Positions 1-10,358 of a stretch of 64,000 nt of DNA are shown here, in pieces; the stretch's first letter is position 1, and each line of letters starts with the position of its first letter. Under the pieces are notes generated by a model. That model was not told where the DNA came from. It saw only the letters and a list, made by a program, of their open reading frames with translations, and did not search any database. This DNA is from Halobacteriaceae archaeon. GTDB lineage: Archaea; Halobacteriota; Halobacteria; Halobacteriales; Halobacteriaceae. Location: assembly GCA_042216675.1 (NCBI GenBank), contig JBDGTS010000003.1:13227-77226 (forward strand), read 5' to 3'. A program made the translations under genes and the position numbers.

Positions 1-240
1 CTGCGTGCGAAGGCCCACGACGGCCCCGACGCGCGCTTCTCGTGGGACCACTACTTCGAGTGGGACCCGGAAGCAGGGGCGTGGGAACTCGTCGTCGAGT
101 GGCGAACCGACCCCGGCGAGGACGTCACCTTCGACTACATCGTGGACCAACCGCAGGCCAACCTCGACCGGCGCTCCTACGGCGAGGAGAGCACGTGGGA
201 CGAGAGCGCCGCAGCGGGGCCGACTGACCCCCATCTCTGA
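1..240 (+). CDS. 3' part of a hypothetical protein (truncated by window edge)
   Basis: Frame 1 is open from base 1 to TGA at 238-240; acidic translation LRAKAHDGPDARFSWDHYFEWDPE... Confidence 0.55.
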   Translation: MRAKAHDGPDARFSWDHYFEWDPEAGAWELVVEWRTDPGEDVTFDYIVDQPQANLDRRSYGEESTWDESAAAGPTDPHL

Positions 241-285
241 GCAGGGACCGGTCCTGTTTTATCCGACCCGCCATCAGTTCGGGGC

Positions 286-981
286 ATGTACGAAGCCGTC
301 CACCCGGCGCCACACGGTGACAGCACCGTCGCGCGACACGCCGTGACGGCGGCCGAGGCTGGCTTCGACGGCGTCGTGGTCCGGGGGCGTCCCGGCGACG
401 ACGCCGACGTCGCCGCGGTCCGCGACGACGTGGACGCCGACGTGGCGACGGGCGCTGAAATCGTCGTCGACGACCCCTCGGTCGCGCGGGGTCACGTCGG
501 CAATCTCCGCCCGTCGGTGACTGTCCTCCTCGTCCGCGGTGGCTCGTCCGCGATGAATCGCTTCGCCGTGGAGACGCCCCGCGTCGACGTGTTGACCGCA
601 CCGATGACCGACGGCGGCGACTTCAACCACGTCCTCGCGAACGCCGCCGCCGACAACGACGTGGCCGTGGAGTTCGACTTCGGGCCGGTGTTGCGTCGCG
701 ACGGCGGCCCCCGGGTCCGTGCTCTCCAGCGACTCCGGAAACTCCGTGAACTGGTCGTCGATGCCGACGCGCCGTTCGTCGTCAGCGCCGGCCCGCGCTC
801 GCACCTCCACCAGCGTGCCCCCCGCGAACTCGTCGCCGTCGGCGAGGTCGTCGGGTTCGACGCCGCGGACGTGCGGGCCGGCCTCGACGCGTGGGGCGAC
901 CTCGTTTCGCGAAACCGTCACCGGCAGTCGGACGCCTTCGTCGCGCCGGGCGTCGAAGTCGACCGGGAGGGAAAGCGATGA
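286..981 (+). CDS. rnp3: Ribonuclease P protein component 3 (Rpp30)
   Basis: MYEAVH..GDSTVAR start, NRFAVE..VDVL, FNHVLA..A..NDVAVEFDF, PFVVSA; ATGA overlap with rnp2. Confidence 0.92.
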   Translation: MYEAVHPAPHGDSTVARHAVTAAEAGFDGVVVRGRPGDDADVAAVRDDVDADVATGAEIVVDDPSVARGHVGNLRPSVTVLLVRGGSSAMNRFAVETPRVDVLTAPMTDGGDFNHVLANAAADNDVAVEFDFGPVLRRDGGPRVRALQRLRKLRELVVDADAPFVVSAGPRSHLHQRAPRELVAVGEVVGFDAADVRAGLDAWGDLVSRNRHRQSDAFVAPGVEVDREGKR

Positions 982-1457
982 AGCACCTCCCGAAGCATCT
1001 CCGGCCGCGATGGCGCTATCTCGCCGTCGAGGTCGAGACGTGGCCCGACGCCGACGTCGGCCGGCGGGCCTTCCAGCGTGAGGCGTGGTACGCGGCGCAG
1101 AACCTCCTCGGGGACCCCGGGAGCGCCGACGCCGACCTCTCGGTGCTGCGCTTTCGCTTCGCCGACGGCGCGGGCGAGGCGATCGTCCGCGTGCGGCACG
1201 GCGAGACGGACCGCGCACGGGCCGCGTTGGCCTGTGTGGACAGCGTCGACGGGGAGCCAATCCGCATACGGATACGTGGCGTGAGTGGGACGATCCGTGC
1301 CGCTGAGGAAAAGTATATGCGTGGGCCGCCTGAAACTGTGGCCGAGACACGCGTCGTGTTCCGCAACGCCGACCGTCGGGCCGTCGAGCGAGGCGACCTG
1401 TTCGACGTGGAAACCGACGGAGGTTTCACGGGCGCGACCCGACTCGATTTCGAGTGA
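978..1457 (+). CDS. rnp2: Ribonuclease P protein component 2 (Pop5/Rpp14 family)
   Basis: MKHLPKHLRPRWRYL start and GVSGTIRAAEEKY motif; ATG at 978 overlaps rnp3 stop. Confidence 0.92.
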   Translation: MKHLPKHLRPRWRYLAVEVETWPDADVGRRAFQREAWYAAQNLLGDPGSADADLSVLRFRFADGAGEAIVRVRHGETDRARAALACVDSVDGEPIRIRIRGVSGTIRAAEEKYMRGPPETVAETRVVFRNADRRAVERGDLFDVETDGGFTGATRLDFE

Positions 1458-1462
1458 AAACT

Positions 1463-2242
1463 ATGCAGGGACAAGCCCAACAGCAGGCCTACGACCGAGG
1501 TATCACGATCTTCTCCCCGGACGGCCGTCTCTACCAGGTGGAGTACGCCCGTGAGGCGGTGAAGCAGGGGACAGCCAGCATCGGCATCCGCGCCAACGAC
1601 GGCGTGGTGCTCGCCGCGGACAAGCGCATCCGCTCGCCGCTCATGGTGCGCGAATCCGTGGAGAAAATCCACAAGGCCGACGACCACATCGGCATCGCCA
1701 GCGCGGGCCACGTCGCGGACGCCCGCCAACTCATCGACTTCGCGCGCCAGCAGGCGCAAGTCAACCGCGTCCGCTACAGCGAACCCGTCGGCGTCGAGCG
1801 CCTGACGAAGAACGTCACGGACCACATCCAGCAGTACACCCAGATCGGCGGCGCGCGCCCGTTCGGTGTCGCCCTCCTCATCGCCGGCGTCGAGGACGGC
1901 GAACCCCGTCTGTACGAGACGGACCCCTCCGGGACGCCCTCCGAGTGGAAGGCCCACGCCATCGGGTCGAACCGCAACGACCTGCAGGACTTCCTCGAAC
2001 AGCACTACACCGAGGACGTCGACCTCGAAGGCGGCATCGAACTCGCGCTCCGCGCCCTCGCGGACGTGCAGGACGACGCCATCAGTTCCGAGACGGTCGG
2101 GCTGGCCACCGTCGACGCCGAGTCCGGCCGCTTCATCGAACTCACCGACGACGAGATTACGGAGTACCTGACCGAGTTCGGCCTCGGGCAGGAGGCCGAG
2201 GACGAGGACGAGGACGCCGACGAGGAGTTCGACGAGGAGTAA
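1463..2242 (+). CDS. psmA: Proteasome subunit alpha
   Basis: [20 protein letters not shown] signature, [17 protein letters not shown]; acidic tail. Confidence 0.98.
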   Translation: MQGQAQQQAYDRGITIFSPDGRLYQVEYAREAVKQGTASIGIRANDGVVLAADKRIRSPLMVRESVEKIHKADDHIGIASAGHVADARQLIDFARQQAQVNRVRYSEPVGVERLTKNVTDHIQQYTQIGGARPFGVALLIAGVEDGEPRLYETDPSGTPSEWKAHAIGSNRNDLQDFLEQHYTEDVDLEGGIELALRALADVQDDAISSETVGLATVDAESGRFIELTDDEITEYLTEFGLGQEAEDEDEDADEEFDEE

Positions 2243-2256
2243 CTCTCCCGTCCCGG

Positions 2257-2272
2257 GAAAGGCCTTTTACTT
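2257..2272 (+). promoter_or_regulatory. BRE/TATA-like promoter of the SBDS gene
   Basis: GAAAGGCCTTTTACTT with TTTTAC at -28 to -23 from ATG 2293, the spacing expected for a leaderless haloarchaeal transcript. Confidence 0.55.
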
Positions 2273-2292
2273 GCGGGCCGGTACGACCGCGT

Positions 2293-3018
2293 ATGATTTC
2301 CCTCGACGACGCGGTGACGGCCCGACTCGAGTCCCACGGCGCGCGTTTCGAGGTCCTCGTGGACCCGGACGCCGCCCTCGCAATCAAGCGCGACGAGTTC
2401 GAGGGGGACCTCGAAGACGTCATCGCCGCCAGAGACGTGTTCGAGGATGCCTCCCGCGGGGACCGCCCCGCAGAGGGTGACCTCGAGGAGGTGTTCGACA
2501 CGACGGACGCGATGGAGATTATCCCCGAGGTCATCAAGCGCGGGGAGATTCAGATTACGGCCGAACAGCGCCGCGAGATGCAAGAGCAGAAGCGAAAACA
2601 GCTCATCGACACCATCACGCGCAACGCCATCAATCCGCAGATGGACGACGCGCCCCACCCGCCAGAGCGCATCGAGAACGCACTGGAGGAGGCTGGCTTC
2701 ACGGTCGACCCGATGGAGCCAGTCGAGACGCAGGTGGACGACGCCCTCGACGCCCTGCGCCCCATCATCCCGATTCGCTTCGAGGAAGTGACCGTCGCGG
2801 TGCAGGTGCCACCCGAACACGCGGGGAGCGCGCAGGCGCAACTCCGCGGCTTCGGCGAACTCGAACGCGAGGAGTGGCAGGCAGACGGGTCGTGGGTCGG
2901 CGTCCTCACGTTCCCCGCCGGGATGCAAAACGAGTTCTACGAACTGGCGAACGAGGTGTCACAGGGCGAAGCCGAGACGCGCATCGTGCGCGACGAGGAC
3001 CAGTTGTCGACGAAGTGA
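2293..3018 (+). CDS. Ribosome assembly factor SBDS/Sdo1
   Basis: [51 protein letters not shown]. Confidence 0.96.
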   Translation: MISLDDAVTARLESHGARFEVLVDPDAALAIKRDEFEGDLEDVIAARDVFEDASRGDRPAEGDLEEVFDTTDAMEIIPEVIKRGEIQITAEQRREMQEQKRKQLIDTITRNAINPQMDDAPHPPERIENALEEAGFTVDPMEPVETQVDDALDALRPIIPIRFEEVTVAVQVPPEHAGSAQAQLRGFGELEREEWQADGSWVGVLTFPAGMQNEFYELANEVSQGEAETRIVRDEDQLSTK

Positions 3019-3333
3019 TTATCCGCGCCGGAAGCCCAGCAGGAAGCCGCCGGTGAAGCCGGCGGAGACGGACATCGTGGAGAGGAGCGGCTGAATCCAC
3101 TCCTGATTGACGCCGCTCGTCGACTGCGCGGCGCCGAGCATTCCGCCCGTGAGTTCGTCCCACCGTACCGTGATGTATCCCTTCGATTCGAGGAACTTGA
3201 ACAGCGCCAGTTCGAGTCCGACGAGGATGGCGATGAGTTTCGCGACTTTCTTCGCCGCGAATCCGATGATGCCGCCCACGACGGCACCGGACCCGAACTC
3301 GAGTCCCAGCGACGTGAGGTTGAGGTCGACCAT
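3019..3333 (-). CDS. FUN14 domain membrane protein
   Basis: GAVVGGIIGFAAKKVAKLIAILVG...V.WD...GFTGGFLLGFRRG. Confidence 0.88.
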   Translation of the reverse strand: MVDLNLTSLGLEFGSGAVVGGIIGFAAKKVAKLIAILVGLELALFKFLESKGYITVRWDELTGGMLGAAQSTSGVNQEWIQPLLSTMSVSAGFTGGFLLGFRRG

Positions 3334-3395
3334 ACAGCATAGACGGCCGTGGCTCCTCATAGCCTTTGTGGGCCAGAACGGGGGTCAGGCCCGCG

Positions 3396-3403
3396 CTTAA
3401 GTA
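3396..3403. promoter_or_regulatory. TATA-like element in the divergent FUN14/hflX intergenic region
   Basis: CTTAAGTA about 25-32 nt upstream of the hflX start. Confidence 0.5.
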
Positions 3404-3427
3404 TTTGCGACACGTACATTTCGATCA

Positions 3428-4732
3428 GTGATCGGCGACACCTACGATCCTGACGTGGCCGTCGTGGTCAAGCGGGTTGACTCGGGAACCCCGGACACGG
3501 AGGAGATTCGGGACCTCGTCAGCGCCGCTGGCTACGAGGTGGCCGCCGAGGTCACCCAGACGCGTCGCGAGGACGCGTCGCTCCAAATCGGCGAAGGGAA
3601 GGCCGAGGAACTGGCGGCCGTCGTCCGCGATGCGGGTGCGGGCACGGTGGTCTTCGACAACAGCCTCGGCCCCTACCAGACGTACAACCTCGGGCAGATG
3701 CTCCCGAAACGCGTCGAGGTGATGGACCGATTCCGGCTCATCATCGAAATCTTCGGCCAGCGAGCGCAGACACGCAAGGCACAACTGCAGGTCGAACTCG
3801 CGGAACTGCGCTACGAACTCCCCCGGGCGGAGGCCAAGACGAGCCTCGCGAAGCGCGAGGAACACCCCGGCTTCATGGGACTGGGCGAGTACGACGAGAG
3901 TCGCGAGCAGGACATCAAGAACCAAATCGCCTCCATCCGGGAGGAGCTAGAGCGCATCGAGAAGACCGAGGCCCACCGGCGCGACCAGCGTCGCGAGTCC
4001 GGCTTCGACTTGGTGGCACTCGCGGGCTACACGAACGCCGGCAAGTCCACGCTGATGCAGGCGCTGGCGGCGGACCTCGAAGTGGGCGAGAACGAGGGCA
4101 AGCACCCCGACCTCGAACCCACGGCGGAGCGTCAGGACCGTCTGTTCACCACGCTCGGCACGACGACGCGCCGGATGGAGACGGAGCGACGCGACGTGCT
4201 GTTGACGGACACGGTCGGGTTCATCTCCGACCTGCCCCACTGGCTCGTCGAGTCGTTCAAGTCCACGCTCGAATCCGTCTACCGCGCGGACCTCGTGCTG
4301 TTGGTCGTGGACGTGAGCGAACCCATCGACGAGATTCGGGAGAAACTCGTGACCTGCCACGACACGCTCTCGGAGCGAAACGAGGCGCCGATCGTCACGG
4401 TCCTGAACAAAATCGACCAGGTGTCGCCGGACGAACTCGACGAGAAGCGCGAGGCCATCGGCGCCCTCACGCACACCCCCGTCTCGGTGAGCGCCGTCGA
4501 GCGCACGAATCTCGACGAACTCGCGGACCGCATCGACCGGGCGCTCCCGCCCCACGAGCGCGAACGGCTGGTCTTGCCCCTCTCCGACGACGCGATGAGC
4601 GTCGTCTCGTGGGTCCACGACAACGCCTACGTCAACGAAGTCGACTACCGGAGCGACCAGGTGGTCATCGATTTCGAGGCCCGTCCCGCCGTCGTCGAGC
4701 AGACGCGGGCGAAGGCCGGCGACATCGCGTAG
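3428..4732 (+). CDS. hflX: GTPase HflX
   Basis: AQLQVELAELRYELPR, GYTNAGKST (G1), LFTTL, DTVGF (G3), NKID (G4). Confidence 0.96.
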   Translation: MIGDTYDPDVAVVVKRVDSGTPDTEEIRDLVSAAGYEVAAEVTQTRREDASLQIGEGKAEELAAVVRDAGAGTVVFDNSLGPYQTYNLGQMLPKRVEVMDRFRLIIEIFGQRAQTRKAQLQVELAELRYELPRAEAKTSLAKREEHPGFMGLGEYDESREQDIKNQIASIREELERIEKTEAHRRDQRRESGFDLVALAGYTNAGKSTLMQALAADLEVGENEGKHPDLEPTAERQDRLFTTLGTTTRRMETERRDVLLTDTVGFISDLPHWLVESFKSTLESVYRADLVLLVVDVSEPIDEIREKLVTCHDTLSERNEAPIVTVLNKIDQVSPDELDEKREAIGALTHTPVSVSAVERTNLDELADRIDRALPPHERERLVLPLSDDAMSVVSWVHDNAYVNEVDYRSDQVVIDFEARPAVVEQTRAKAGDIA

Positions 4733-4863
4733 CGGCCGCGGCGTCAGGCGTCGTCGACCGCCTCGGGCGGTGACCAGTCGCGGAATGTGCGCCACAGGCG
4801 CGTCGCATATCGGCCACATCCGCGCGTTTGACCGGCCGGTCTACACGGCGGGGCGGGGCCGAA

Positions 4864-7326
4864 TTACGACCGCCGATTTTTCAGCCATCGCGTCACGCGT
4901 GACTTGATCCCGAGATCCCGTTTCGCCATGATGACTGTACTTTGCGCTCGCCGGCCGACCTCCTCCGGGATGGCGCCCAACACGACCTGTTGAAGGAGTC
5001 CTTCCCGGGACGCCCCGATGATGGTGAGGTCGTGACCCGCCGATTCCTCGACGATGGCATCGGCGATAGCCGCACCCTCGACGATCTCCGTCGTCGCCTC
5101 GACGTCCTCTAGTTCGGCCGCGGCCGAATCGAGAATCGAGGGCGCATCGTCGTCTCGGTCCGATTCGTTCGACCGCACGTATATCACCCTGATGCGCGCG
5201 TCGTTGCGCCTGGCGATAGCACGGGCGATTTCCGTCGCGAATTCGGCGTGTGGACCGCCAGCAGTCGGGACGAGGATCGAGTCCACGCCCCCGATGGACT
5301 CGCTGTCAGCGGCCGGGCCGACGCGCTCAACTAGGACGTCACAGCGCGCCCTGGTCACCACCTCGTCGACGTTACTTCCCAAGATGATGTCGCGACGGCG
5401 CGGACGGCTCCGCCACCCCATCAACACGAGGTCGACGTCGTCCTGTTCGATGGTGTTGAGTATCGCCCGGGACACGTCGTGGCCGATGCGGATTTTGCCA
5501 CTCACGGGCACGTCCGGACGCTCTTCGCTCGCGAAGTCGATCGCCTGGTTGATGACCGCCCGTTCTTCGTCGACGAACTGGCGACCCTCCGAGAGCGGCG
5601 TCTGTTGCGGAACCGTCCCGACGCTCACCACCTCTATTTCGGCGTTCCGCTCCTCAGCGAGGTCGAGTGCAGTCCGCATCAACTGCTCGACGGTCGCCGG
5701 GTTCGCCACCGGGACGAGAATCCGTTGCTCGCGCTCCCGCCGTTCTTCCGCCGGCGCTCGCTCGGTCGTGACGGTCGGCGTCTCCTCTTCGAACTTCTCC
5801 GCTTCTTTCCGCTGAGAGTAGCCGTAGTAGAGGATGAGTCCCAGCCCCATCCAGATAGCGGTCGTCACGAGCGCGATGAACCCGTGGGAGTCGTGTCCCA
5901 ATCCGATTTCCATCCCCAGCGCCGAGAGGAGAAACGGCGTCAACAGGAACTGGAGAACGATCCCGATCAGCGGCGGCCACGGCATGTACGGAACTTCGTA
6001 CGTGCGTGGCAGGTCGGGGTGGGTCTTGCGCATCTTGATGACCGTCCAGTTGACCTGCACGAACAGCAGGATGAACATGATGTCCGCGGACGCCGCGACT
6101 GCCTCGATCGGCAGGGCGACCGCCATCAGCGCGATGAGAACCGCCGAGAGGAAAATCGCCCAGTGCGGCGTTCGTTTCTCGGGATGGACCTCACTGAAGA
6201 CATCGGGGAGCGCCCTGTCCCGCCCCATCGCGAACGAGACGCGCGAGGAGGAGTAGACAGTCGCGTTCAGCGCACTCATCGTCGCCGTCAGCCCGGCGAC
6301 CAGAAGTAACGGGACGCCGTAGGGAACGAACTGGCCGGCGGCCTCGATGATGCCGAGTTCGCCGAGGTCACCGAGCGCGCTCCACGTCGGGAGACTCGGG
6401 TCTGCGCTGTTCGGAATCCCGCCCGGCTGTGCGATGAGTTCCGCCGTCACGTCGATGCCGCCGATGGCCGCGAACGCGACGAGGATGTAGATTGGCACGA
6501 CGATGGCGAGCGAGTAGAAAACCGCCTTCGGGACGTTCTCACCCGGTTCGACGACCTCTTCGCCGGACTGGACGATGATTTCGTAGCCCTCGAAGGCGAT
6601 GTACGTGAACCCCATCGCACCGATAATTCCGATGGCGCCGTTCGGCGCGAACCGGGGGCTGTTGAAGAACTTCGACGGCCAGTCCGGGGTCTGAATCGTC
6701 GCCAGAATCCCGAAGGCGACGAAGATACCGAGAATGACGACCTTGATGAACGTCACAATCACGCCCGCCTTCCCCGTCTCCTCCGCGCCGCGGTAGTTGA
6801 TGTACGCGAACAGAGCCACCATGAGGACCGCGAGGATTTTATCGAGGAGGCCACGGCCGATGAACCCGAGCAGTTGGAACCCCTCGGCGAGTACGCCCCC
6901 GTAGACCAGAAACTCAGTGAGGAACACGCCGAAGGTCACCGCGTACAGGGAACACGCGACGGCGTGCGCGAACCAGGACATCCAGCCCGCGTAGAAGCCG
7001 TTCGGATCGACGAGCGCTTCTTTCACCCAGAGATACCCCCCGCCCGCTTCCGGAAATGCGGCGCCGAGTTCGGCGTAGGAGACGGCCGTGAACAGCGCGA
7101 CGAACCCGTTGAGAGCGAACGCGAGAATCAGCGCGGGCCCTGCGAGCCCCGCGGCGAAGCCCGTGAGGGCGAAGACACCGGCGCCGATCATGGCCCCGAC
7201 GCCGATGAACGTGATGTCGAAGAGACTCATGTCCCGCGAGAGTTCCGTCTCGACGTCGCCGGACCCCTCCTGAGCGGCATCACCGCCCGTCTCTTGGCTC
7301 ACGCGGTCCGAGGACTCATCGTCCAT
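4864..7326 (-). CDS. APC-family amino acid permease fused to two universal stress protein (USP) domains
   Basis: GAMIGAGVF, YAELGAAFPEAGGGY, many TM segments; C-terminal ILVPVANP and ILVPTAGGPHA USP domains. Confidence 0.92.
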   Translation of the reverse strand: MDDESSDRVSQETGGDAAQEGSGDVETELSRDMSLFDITFIGVGAMIGAGVFALTGFAAGLAGPALILAFALNGFVALFTAVSYAELGAAFPEAGGGYLWVKEALVDPNGFYAGWMSWFAHAVACSLYAVTFGVFLTEFLVYGGVLAEGFQLLGFIGRGLLDKILAVLMVALFAYINYRGAEETGKAGVIVTFIKVVILGIFVAFGILATIQTPDWPSKFFNSPRFAPNGAIGIIGAMGFTYIAFEGYEIIVQSGEEVVEPGENVPKAVFYSLAIVVPIYILVAFAAIGGIDVTAELIAQPGGIPNSADPSLPTWSALGDLGELGIIEAAGQFVPYGVPLLLVAGLTATMSALNATVYSSSRVSFAMGRDRALPDVFSEVHPEKRTPHWAIFLSAVLIALMAVALPIEAVAASADIMFILLFVQVNWTVIKMRKTHPDLPRTYEVPYMPWPPLIGIVLQFLLTPFLLSALGMEIGLGHDSHGFIALVTTAIWMGLGLILYYGYSQRKEAEKFEEETPTVTTERAPAEERREREQRILVPVANPATVEQLMRTALDLAEERNAEIEVVSVGTVPQQTPLSEGRQFVDEERAVINQAIDFASEERPDVPVSGKIRIGHDVSRAILNTIEQDDVDLVLMGWRSRPRRRDIILGSNVDEVVTRARCDVLVERVGPAADSESIGGVDSILVPTAGGPHAEFATEIARAIARRNDARIRVIYVRSNESDRDDDAPSILDSAAAELEDVEATTEIVEGAAIADAIVEESAGHDLTIIGASREGLLQQVVLGAIPEEVGRRAQSTVIMAKRDLGIKSRVTRWLKNRRS

Positions 7327-7546
7327 ATCGAATGCAATTCGACGGGCGCCTATAAAATCGGGCGGCCGAGCGGGGAACTCACTCCGCCGCCCCACCTGTG
7401 ACTGGCCCGACACTCCTGCTGGGCGCCGTCTCGTCTGTCACGGATTGGGGCCGCTGCAACAGGGCGGGACTCGGCACGCCGCTCGCATCGCGCGCAGGGG
7501 ATCGACGGAGTCACGCTTTTGTCCGTTCCGCTCCCCGGGAGAGGGT

Positions 7547-8401
7547 ATGCAGGTGGGACTCATCGGCGCGGGGCACATCGGCGGCCTCCTCGCCGACGCG
7601 ATTCTCGCGACGGACCACTCGCTCGTCGTCCACGACGTCGAGGAGTCACAGGTGACGCCGCTCGTCGACCGCGGCGCGTCGTCGGCTCCCGGCCCGGCGG
7701 CCGTCGGCGAGCACTGTGACGCGGTGCTGCTGGCGCTCCCCGGCGCGCCCGAGGTGACGGCCGTCGCTCTCGAATCGGGTCTCCTCGACGCTCTCGACCC
7801 CGGCGACTCGCTCATCGACACCTCGACGACGGGTCCCGACGCGGCCGAACGGGTCGCGGAGGCCGCGGCCGACCGGGACGTGACGTTCGTGAGCGCTCCG
7901 GTCACCCGCGGCGGTCCCGGCCCCGACGACGGCCTCCACGCGATGGTCGGCGGGACCGAGGCGGCCCACGCCGCCGTCACGGACCTACTCGACGTCGTGA
8001 CCCTCGACCACGCGCACGTCGGCGACGCGGGAACGGCCCAGCGGTTCAAACTCCTCTTGCAACTCCGCTATGCGGGACAGGCCGCCGTCGACGCGGAAGT
8101 CGTCGCGGCGGGTCGGGACCTCGACGTGCCGGTCGAACTGCTCGCCGACTTCCTCGACCTCGACGTGTCCGAGCGTCTCCTCGACGGCGACTTCTCGCCT
8201 GCGATTCCGGGGATGGGCGGCTTCGCCATCTGGCAGAAGGACCTCGGCTATCTCCTCGACGTGACGACGGAGACGGGGACGGCGACGCCGCTAGCGAGCG
8301 AGATACACGCGGCCTACACGCACGCCGACCGGGTGAAAACCGAGGACGAGCGACACGCCGCCGCCATCCGCTACCACTGGCGTCGCCTCAACGGCGCGTG
8401 A
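7547..8401 (+). CDS. NAD(P)-dependent oxidoreductase, 3-hydroxyisobutyrate/beta-hydroxyacid dehydrogenase family
   Basis: VGLIGAGHIG Rossmann motif, IDTSTTGP, APVTRG, MVGG, conserved Lys in QRFKL, KDLG. Confidence 0.82.
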   Translation: MQVGLIGAGHIGGLLADAILATDHSLVVHDVEESQVTPLVDRGASSAPGPAAVGEHCDAVLLALPGAPEVTAVALESGLLDALDPGDSLIDTSTTGPDAAERVAEAAADRDVTFVSAPVTRGGPGPDDGLHAMVGGTEAAHAAVTDLLDVVTLDHAHVGDAGTAQRFKLLLQLRYAGQAAVDAEVVAAGRDLDVPVELLADFLDLDVSERLLDGDFSPAIPGMGGFAIWQKDLGYLLDVTTETGTATPLASEIHAAYTHADRVKTEDERHAAAIRYHWRRLNGA

Positions 8402-10318
8402 CTACTTCTTCGCGCGGATGCGGCCCATGTTCAGCAGGTGGAACGTCGGGTCGCGGCGGTTCCACGCCGCCTCGTCGGTGGGCGCTTCCCACTCGCCGTG
8501 GTCCTGAAACGCGAGGTTGTACGTCCGGGCGATGGGGAGCAACGGAAGCGTCCAGTTGAACACCCACGCGAGTTTCTGCAGATACTCGCGGCGCTCGTCC
8601 CGGCTCAGCGCCCGGTTCAGCATCTGGTCCATGTAAACGACGGGGTAGTCGATTCGCTCGTCGCTGTCGGGCTTTCCGAGCGGCGGCGCCGAGACGGTGA
8701 ACGCCTTCGTCTGCTCGGCGGTGAAACCCTCGACTTTCTCCGTCCACTCGTACTCCACCACGTCGACGTTGTCGTGTTTCTTTGCCCACTCCCTCACCCT
8801 CTCGTCGGTCCAGATGCCGAACTGGTGTCTGTCGGCGGACACCGCCATCGCCTGCGTGAACAGGCCCTTCGGGGACCCCTCCCACGAACGCCGTGCGAGG
8901 TCGAAGTCGCCCGCCGAGCGCATCGTCGAGACGGTGCTCTCGCCCCACGACCGGACCTGCGTCTCGACGCCGAGATCGCGCAGTTGGCCCTGCAGAACGC
9001 TCACGAATTGACTGGCGTTGCTCGCCGTGAGATACCGCAGTTTCCAGCGGTCCCCCTCCGGCGTGCGCCACCGGTCGCCGTCCTTCGTGAACCCCTCGGC
9101 GCGCAGGAGTTCGGCCGCCCGCTCCGGGTCGTAGTCGTAGGACTGGAACGATGCCATCAGGTCGTCGTCCATCCACCGGCCGGCCCCGTCGTACGTCAAT
9201 CCCGCGGGGTTCGACGGCGGGTCGGCGGCGTACTCGTGTTCCGCGTCGGCCAGCCGCGAGGCATCGAGGGCGTACAGGAGCGCCTGTCGCACCCGCGGGG
9301 CGGCGAGTTCGGGCGAGCGGAGCCCGTTCGCGTGCAGTCCGAGCCAGCGCCGTCCGCCCCACCGGTGCATCCGCATGTCGTCGGGGAGCGACTCGACGGC
9401 GCTCGCCGGGGGCGGCGGAAGGATGCCGGGCATCGCGTCGTAGGTGCCCGTCGTCAGGCCACCCCACCGCACGTCGCGACTGCTGTGGACGAGCGCCTCC
9501 GCTCGTTCGAAGTTGAGTTCGTCGGCGTTGCGGAAGTGGGGGTTCGTCGTCATCTCGACGCGGTCCGGCGGGAGCTTAGACACCTCGAAGGGGCCCGAGA
9601 CGAGGGCCGCCGTCGGGTCGGCGCGGTCCCCCGACACGCGCCGGTCGAGGAGTGACTCGATTTCGCGCTGGCCGGCGTCGCTGTAGGGGTCGGACACCGC
9701 CGCTACGTCGTCGAGCAGCGGTCGCGTCTCCGAGCGGTGCCGGAACACCTCGGCGGGGCCGGGCCGCGTGAGTTGCCGGCGGAGCCACCGCTCCACGTCT
9801 AGGTCCGCGTAGAGGCCGGGGTCGCTCAGGAAGCGCGCGGTCCGGCCGTCCCACTCCACGGCCGTCGTCGCCTCCAGCACCGACTTCGGATCGCCGCTGT
9901 CGGCCACCTCGCCGGGCGAGCGGTCGAGGGCGTAGCGCTGGACGCGGTACTCCATCGCCCAGTCGGCCGCGAGCACGTCGTCGCCGTTGTTCCAGCCACT
10001 CTGTTTGAGGTCGACGCGAATCTCCCCGCCGTCGTGGCCCCAGTCGGCGGCGAGCAGCGGTTTCACCGTGCCGTCCGGGTTCTCCGAACCGAGCCTGTCG
10101 AAGCAGTAGGGGTAGATGAGGCGGGGCCAGTCCGCGCGCATGTCTCCCTTCGTCCAGTCGTATCGCTCGTGTGGCTGTGGCGTGAACGTCCGGAACACCG
10201 GGGCGCCGTCGCCGCCGGAGAGACAGCCAGCGAGTGCCGTCGCGCCCCCCGCGCCGAGGCCGGCGAGAAAGGCCCGGCGGCGCCCGTCCACGTCCGCTCC
10301 CGTCTCGCCGTCAGACAT
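8402..10318 (-). CDS. ABC transporter substrate-binding lipoprotein (family 5, peptide/nickel-like), Tat-exported
   Basis: RRRAFL twin-arginine plus LAGC lipobox; PLLAADW, VRQALLYALD, YDYDPERAAELLRAEGF. Confidence 0.85.
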   Translation of the reverse strand: MSDGETGADVDGRRRAFLAGLGAGGATALAGCLSGGDGAPVFRTFTPQPHERYDWTKGDMRADWPRLIYPYCFDRLGSENPDGTVKPLLAADWGHDGGEIRVDLKQSGWNNGDDVLAADWAMEYRVQRYALDRSPGEVADSGDPKSVLEATTAVEWDGRTARFLSDPGLYADLDVERWLRRQLTRPGPAEVFRHRSETRPLLDDVAAVSDPYSDAGQREIESLLDRRVSGDRADPTAALVSGPFEVSKLPPDRVEMTTNPHFRNADELNFERAEALVHSSRDVRWGGLTTGTYDAMPGILPPPPASAVESLPDDMRMHRWGGRRWLGLHANGLRSPELAAPRVRQALLYALDASRLADAEHEYAADPPSNPAGLTYDGAGRWMDDDLMASFQSYDYDPERAAELLRAEGFTKDGDRWRTPEGDRWKLRYLTASNASQFVSVLQGQLRDLGVETQVRSWGESTVSTMRSAGDFDLARRSWEGSPKGLFTQAMAVSADRHQFGIWTDERVREWAKKHDNVDVVEYEWTEKVEGFTAEQTKAFTVSAPPLGKPDSDERIDYPVVYMDQMLNRALSRDERREYLQKLAWVFNWTLPLLPIARTYNLAFQDHGEWEAPTDEAAWNRRDPTFHLLNMGRIRAKK

Positions 10319-10358
10319 TACCACGCCCGTAGGCCGTCGGCACGGGAAAACCTCGCGG

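Noticed and set aside
4744-4863. Short minus-strand open frame ending YATRLWRTFRDWSPPEAVDDA-stop, in frame after the permease stop
   Set aside because: No start codon and only about 39 codons; it could be a gene remnant or readthrough tail but cannot be supported without homology.
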